From: a virus | Lineage: Duplodnaviria; Caudoviricetes | Virus record (IMG/VR): IMGVR_UViG_3300017700_000738 | Span: 6,466 to 70,465 of that record | Reading direction: 5' to 3' (one strand) | DNA length: 64,000 bases | Shown here: positions 60,565 through 64,000 of the stretch, one piece after another | Layout: each line of letters begins with the position of its first letter | Position numbering within the stretch: position 1 is the stretch's first letter | The notes under the pieces: model-generated | What the model was told of the DNA's origin: nothing | What the model saw: the letters and a program-made list of their open reading frames with translations, nothing else | Database searches by the model: none | Made by a program: the position numbers and the translations under genes

Positions 60565-61248
60565 ATGGTCGCGACCAATTTCCCCGATGGCGTTACGAAT
60601 GCGGCGACCCCGGGTCCGTTGCAGACCTTCATCGATATGGACCCTTCGGCGGTCCATCAGTATTTCAACGATTTCGACGTCTACACGGCCGGTGACTTCA
60701 CAGTCTCCGCGACCGGCTCGCCGACCAACTCGATTGTCGCCGGCAATGGCGGCATCTTGTCGATGGTCAACACCGCCGGCAATGCCGATCTCGACGCGCT
60801 GCAGCTCAAGGCCGCTACCTTCAATCTCGTGGCTGGCAAGCAGCTGTGGATGAAGGCTCGCTTCAACATCTCGAACGCGACGCTATCGGCACTTCTGATC
60901 GGCCTGATCCAGACCACCGCGACCCCGCTGACGGTCGTGGACGGCGTCTACTTCCGCAAGGATTCGGCCTCGGCAGTCCTCACCGCCAAGGCCACCAAGG
61001 CGTCGACCACCAGCAGCTCGAACGTACTGACCATGGTGGCGGCGACTTATGTCGAGGTAGGTCTGCACTATGACGGCAGCGACACCATCATCGTGTATTC
61101 GGGCAGCGCCATTGTGGCGCGACTGCCGATCACCAATCTGCCGCTGGCGGCTACCGGCCTCAATATGACCATCGCGCTCACCAACGGTGCGAGCGGTGGA
61201 GCCCAGACCCTGCTGGTCGACTATGTGATGGTCGCGGCCCAGCGCTAA
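60565..61248 (+). CDS. Virion structural protein
   Basis: 227 aa; TNFPDGV N-terminus; lectin-like beta-rich. Confidence 0.65.
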   Translation: MVATNFPDGVTNAATPGPLQTFIDMDPSAVHQYFNDFDVYTAGDFTVSATGSPTNSIVAGNGGILSMVNTAGNADLDALQLKAATFNLVAGKQLWMKARFNISNATLSALLIGLIQTTATPLTVVDGVYFRKDSASAVLTAKATKASTTSSSNVLTMVAATYVEVGLHYDGSDTIIVYSGSAIVARLPITNLPLAATGLNMTIALTNGASGGAQTLLVDYVMVAAQR

Positions 61249-61312
61249 ACGAACTGATCGCGGTAGGCCGCGCCGAGCCCACGGACCCGGGTGCAAAGTA
61301 GAGGATGACGAC

Positions 61313-61573
61313 ATGAGCCGCGCACGCCATGAAATGAAGAAGACCTGCAAGGCATCCGGCGGCGGCATCGCGCCCGTTCAGGCCGGCGGCAACCCCCGCG
61401 TCTTTGAAGAAGCCAAGGCCCGCAAGAAGGGCGGTAAGGTCGTCGAGATGGGCGCAGAGCCGATGGCCAAGCGCCGTGCCGACAAGCCGCACCGTGCATC
61501 AGGTGGCCGTGTGGGCGCCGACAAGAACCCGTTCTCGTCGGCTCGTGCGACCACGTCAGCGCCGAAGCGCTAA
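61313..61573 (+). CDS. Small basic protein with three xAxGG motifs
   Basis: 86 aa; KRRADKPHRASGGRV. Confidence 0.7.
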   Translation: MSRARHEMKKTCKASGGGIAPVQAGGNPRVFEEAKARKKGGKVVEMGAEPMAKRRADKPHRASGGRVGADKNPFSSARATTSAPKR

Positions 61574-61575
61574 CA

Positions 61576-61776
61576 ATGGCGCGGCTGACGTCAAAGGAGC
61601 GTAACGATCTCCCCGGCAAGGACTTCGCCGGGCCGGATCGTTCATATCCGGTCAATGACATCAGCCACGCTCGCAATGCGTTATCCCGGGTGAGCCAAAA
61701 GGGTCTTCCCGATCTGAAGCGCAAAGTCAGGGAAGCAGTTTACCGCAAGTACCCAAGCATTGGCGAAGGCGACTAG
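61576..61776 (+). CDS. DUF6582-like small protein
   Basis: RNDLPGKDFAGPDRSYPVNDISHARNALSR. Confidence 0.7.
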   Translation: MARLTSKERNDLPGKDFAGPDRSYPVNDISHARNALSRVSQKGLPDLKRKVREAVYRKYPSIGEGD

Positions 61777-61796
61777 CGGTCTGAAACGAGGATCGC

Positions 61797-62135
61797 ATGC
61801 CGTACCAGCGCGCAGAAACCTACACCACGACCGGCACCAAGGCTTCGCTGGACCTCGACCCCTCAATTGCGCCATTCAACGCATCGGTGTCGGTTGCTCT
61901 TAACGGGGCGGCGGTTGCGAGCTACAGCCTCCAATACACATTCGACGATTTCTCCAGTCCAACGATGACTGACGCTGCGGCGACGTGGTTCACAAGCAGT
62001 GATATTCCTCTTGCAACAGCGGCCAGTGCGAACGCGGCATTTATCACCCCAGTCACGCGTGTTCGCTTGGTTATCGCCTCTCTCTCGGGCGGCTCGATGA
62101 CAATGCGGACAGTGCAGGGCATGTCCACCAACTGA
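61797..62135 (+). CDS. Putative virion protein
   Basis: 112 aa beta-rich. Confidence 0.65.
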   Translation: MPYQRAETYTTTGTKASLDLDPSIAPFNASVSVALNGAAVASYSLQYTFDDFSSPTMTDAAATWFTSSDIPLATAASANAAFITPVTRVRLVIASLSGGSMTMRTVQGMSTN

Positions 62136-62145
62136 CGAGGCGATT

Positions 62146-63312
62146 ATGCGCGTGCTGCAATCGATTATCGGCGGCCTGTTCGGCGCCATTCTATTTGGAG
62201 CGGCAGCTGTCGCCCAGAATCCTCCGACCTATAAACTGTGCGATGGCACGGTTGCCGGATGTCCATTGATCGGAGCCAATAATCCGTTGGCTACTACCGC
62301 AGGCGGAGGCGGTGGGGGAGGTCCTATCACGGCGGCCTTGGGCTCGTACGCAGCCGGCGCACTGTCGGCCGGCGCATTTGCGGCCGGCGCCGGCACCAAC
62401 GGTTGGGATATCGCGCAAGGAAATACCGCCGACGCGGCCTATGCTGGCTCGGGATCGGCTTCGGTAATCTCGCTGCTGAAGGGCGTCTATGCCAGCGTCA
62501 ATGGAGCGATTCCAGCCGGCACCAACACCATCGGGGCGGTGAACAGCGTCAACGTGGTGTCGACGACGAACTCATCCGCCGTTGCCCTCGGTGCCGCTGG
62601 CGTCTTCACCGGTACCGCCTATGACGGCCTGAATGCCTCGTCCTACAGCGTCAGCGTGATCTCAAACGTCGCATCGGCGACGGACGGTCTTTCCATTCAA
62701 CAGTCGAGCGATGGCACCAATTGGGATATCACCGACGTCTATACCGTCCCGGCAGCCACCGGCAAAGTCTTCGTCGTTCAGAAGGCCGCGCGCTATATGC
62801 GCGTCGTTTACACGAACGGGGGCACCCTGCAGACCAGCTTTCGCCTACAGGTGATCGCCAATGGTGTGATGCAGGTTTCGACGTCGCAGCGGCCGAGCGA
62901 CACGATCTCGAATGACAACGACTTCGCCATGACCATGGCGGCCAACATCCTTTGGGATGGCACGACGAATTGGGTGCGTCAGCGCGGCGATGTGACCAAC
63001 GGTGCCTTCGTGCAGATCAAGGCGATGCCTAATGGTGCTGGGACCATCACCACACCTGCAGTGACCCCCGGTACATTCGCTACGCTGCTCGCGGCCAACA
63101 CCGCTCGGAAGAGCTGTCTGATTCAGAACAACAGCACGACCATCGGATATGTTTACCCTGGCACGCTCGGATCGGCGACAACGTCGAACTCGTTTCAGGT
63201 CCAGCCGGGCGGCACATTCGGGTGCGCTGATTCTGTGTCTGTAGAAACCGGCGCTATCAATGCGACCTGTGGCACAGGCGGTACGTGCGCTTTTGTCGTC
63301 TCAACCAAGTAA
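62146..63312 (+). CDS. Putative virion/tail-associated protein with N-terminal signal peptide
   Basis: 388 aa, Gly/Ala/Thr-rich. Confidence 0.7.
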   Translation: MRVLQSIIGGLFGAILFGAAAVAQNPPTYKLCDGTVAGCPLIGANNPLATTAGGGGGGGPITAALGSYAAGALSAGAFAAGAGTNGWDIAQGNTADAAYAGSGSASVISLLKGVYASVNGAIPAGTNTIGAVNSVNVVSTTNSSAVALGAAGVFTGTAYDGLNASSYSVSVISNVASATDGLSIQQSSDGTNWDITDVYTVPAATGKVFVVQKAARYMRVVYTNGGTLQTSFRLQVIANGVMQVSTSQRPSDTISNDNDFAMTMAANILWDGTTNWVRQRGDVTNGAFVQIKAMPNGAGTITTPAVTPGTFATLLAANTARKSCLIQNNSTTIGYVYPGTLGSATTSNSFQVQPGGTFGCADSVSVETGAINATCGTGGTCAFVVSTK

Positions 63313-63326
63313 CACGGGGATCACCA

Positions 63327-64000
63327 GTGAAAATCTTCAGCCTGACCGGCGCCATCGTCGCCGCATTGTTGACAGCCTGCGTCAGCCCCATCGCGGCGCA
63401 GACTGTGACGAGCCCCGTCTTTCGCGCGCCGATCATGGTTCGCTTCACCACGGTCGGCGCGAACAACTTCGTTGTTCCGGCAGGCGTTACAGCCATCAAC
63501 GTTAACAAGGTTTGTGGCGGCGGCGGCGGTGGGGGCGGCGGCCAAGCATCGGCAGCGACCGCAGGCGGTGGCGGTGGTGGTGGCGCCGCCTGTGCATCTT
63601 CTGGATTCGTGCTTGCGGTTACGCCCGGAGCCACGCTTGTCGTGACTATTGGGGACGGTGGCGCGGGCGGCGCGCCGGGTGTCGTAGGCACTACTGGCGG
63701 TATTACTTCCATCACCGGCGGCCTCACCGCTGTTCTTCAAGGAACGCCGGGGCAAGGGGGAGCTGCGGGCGCTGCAGGCGTCGGCGGCACTGGCGGTACC
63801 AATGGTGCCAACACTACCGGCGGAACAGCCGGAAACCTCGGCGGATTTTGCGTCGGGACGGCACCCTATTATCTGGCTAGCGGTGGCGCGGGCGGCGGCG
63901 GCGGCAACACAGCCGGTGCGTCGGGCAACGGCGGCGGTTGCGGCATCTTCAGCTTCCTCGGCTCAACCGGCAACGGCGGCGGCGGCGGTGGCGGCGGCAC
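63327..64000 (+). CDS. Glycine-rich tail-fibre-like protein (partial)
   Basis: GTG 63327: MKIFSLTGAIVAALLTACVSPIAAQ...VPAGV...CGGGGGGGGG; open to window end; absent from ORF track. Confidence 0.75.
   Translation, partial: MKIFSLTGAIVAALLTACVSPIAAQTVTSPVFRAPIMVRFTTVGANNFVVPAGVTAINVNKVCGGGGGGGGGQASAATAGGGGGGGAACASSGFVLAVTPGATLVVTIGDGGAGGAPGVVGTTGGITSITGGLTAVLQGTPGQGGAAGAAGVGGTGGTNGANTTGGTAGNLGGFCVGTAPYYLASGGAGGGGGNTAGASGNGGGCGIFSFLGSTGNGGGGGGGG

Noticed and set aside
1-64000. CRISPR array, DGR/retron reverse transcriptase, integrase/att site, Ro60 or RtcB genes
   Set aside because: No regularly spaced repeats and no YxDD, Tyr/Ser recombinase, TROVE or RtcB motifs recognised in any ORF

Overview
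A near-complete, circularly permuted genome of a short-tailed (podovirus-like) dsDNA phage. The host is most likely a Rhizobiales/Caulobacterales alphaproteobacterium: the sequence is GC-rich and carries CtrA-like and GapR-like genes and an alphaproteobacterial-type tRNA-His. Order: tail/ejection genes (1-11.9 kb); lysis and membrane genes (11.9-15.0 kb); a 4-kb tRNA array (15.35-19.37 kb); a leftward recombination operon (19.4-26.6 kb: YqaJ exonuclease, ERF, DEDDh exonuclease); a Cro-like HTH, RusA, MT-A70, DnaB and replication initiator (26.7-31.7 kb); accessory operons with two more methyltransferases, a GIY-YIG nuclease, TerS and an ISL3 transposase (31.8-45 kb); TerL, portal, GroES-like, scaffold, capsid and tail-fibre genes (45.4-64 kb). 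No integrase, CI-type repressor, CRISPR array or reverse transcriptase was recognised. The array is the most unusual part. By manual folding it holds 35 tRNAs covering all 20 amino acids, with systematic departures at modification and nuclease-recognition positions. It also holds two circularly permuted, anticodon-less tRNA mimics (YrlA/Y-RNA-like) and a tRNA-Arg(ACG) whose anticodon arm appears nested inside the D-arm. Other hidden features: a six-copy 17-bp operator, a four-copy leader hairpin, an RAxGG motif shared by five virion proteins, and a nested out-of-frame beta subunit inside the cytosine methyltransferase gene. All calls are by eye from the sequence and ORF track; no database searches or folding programs were run.
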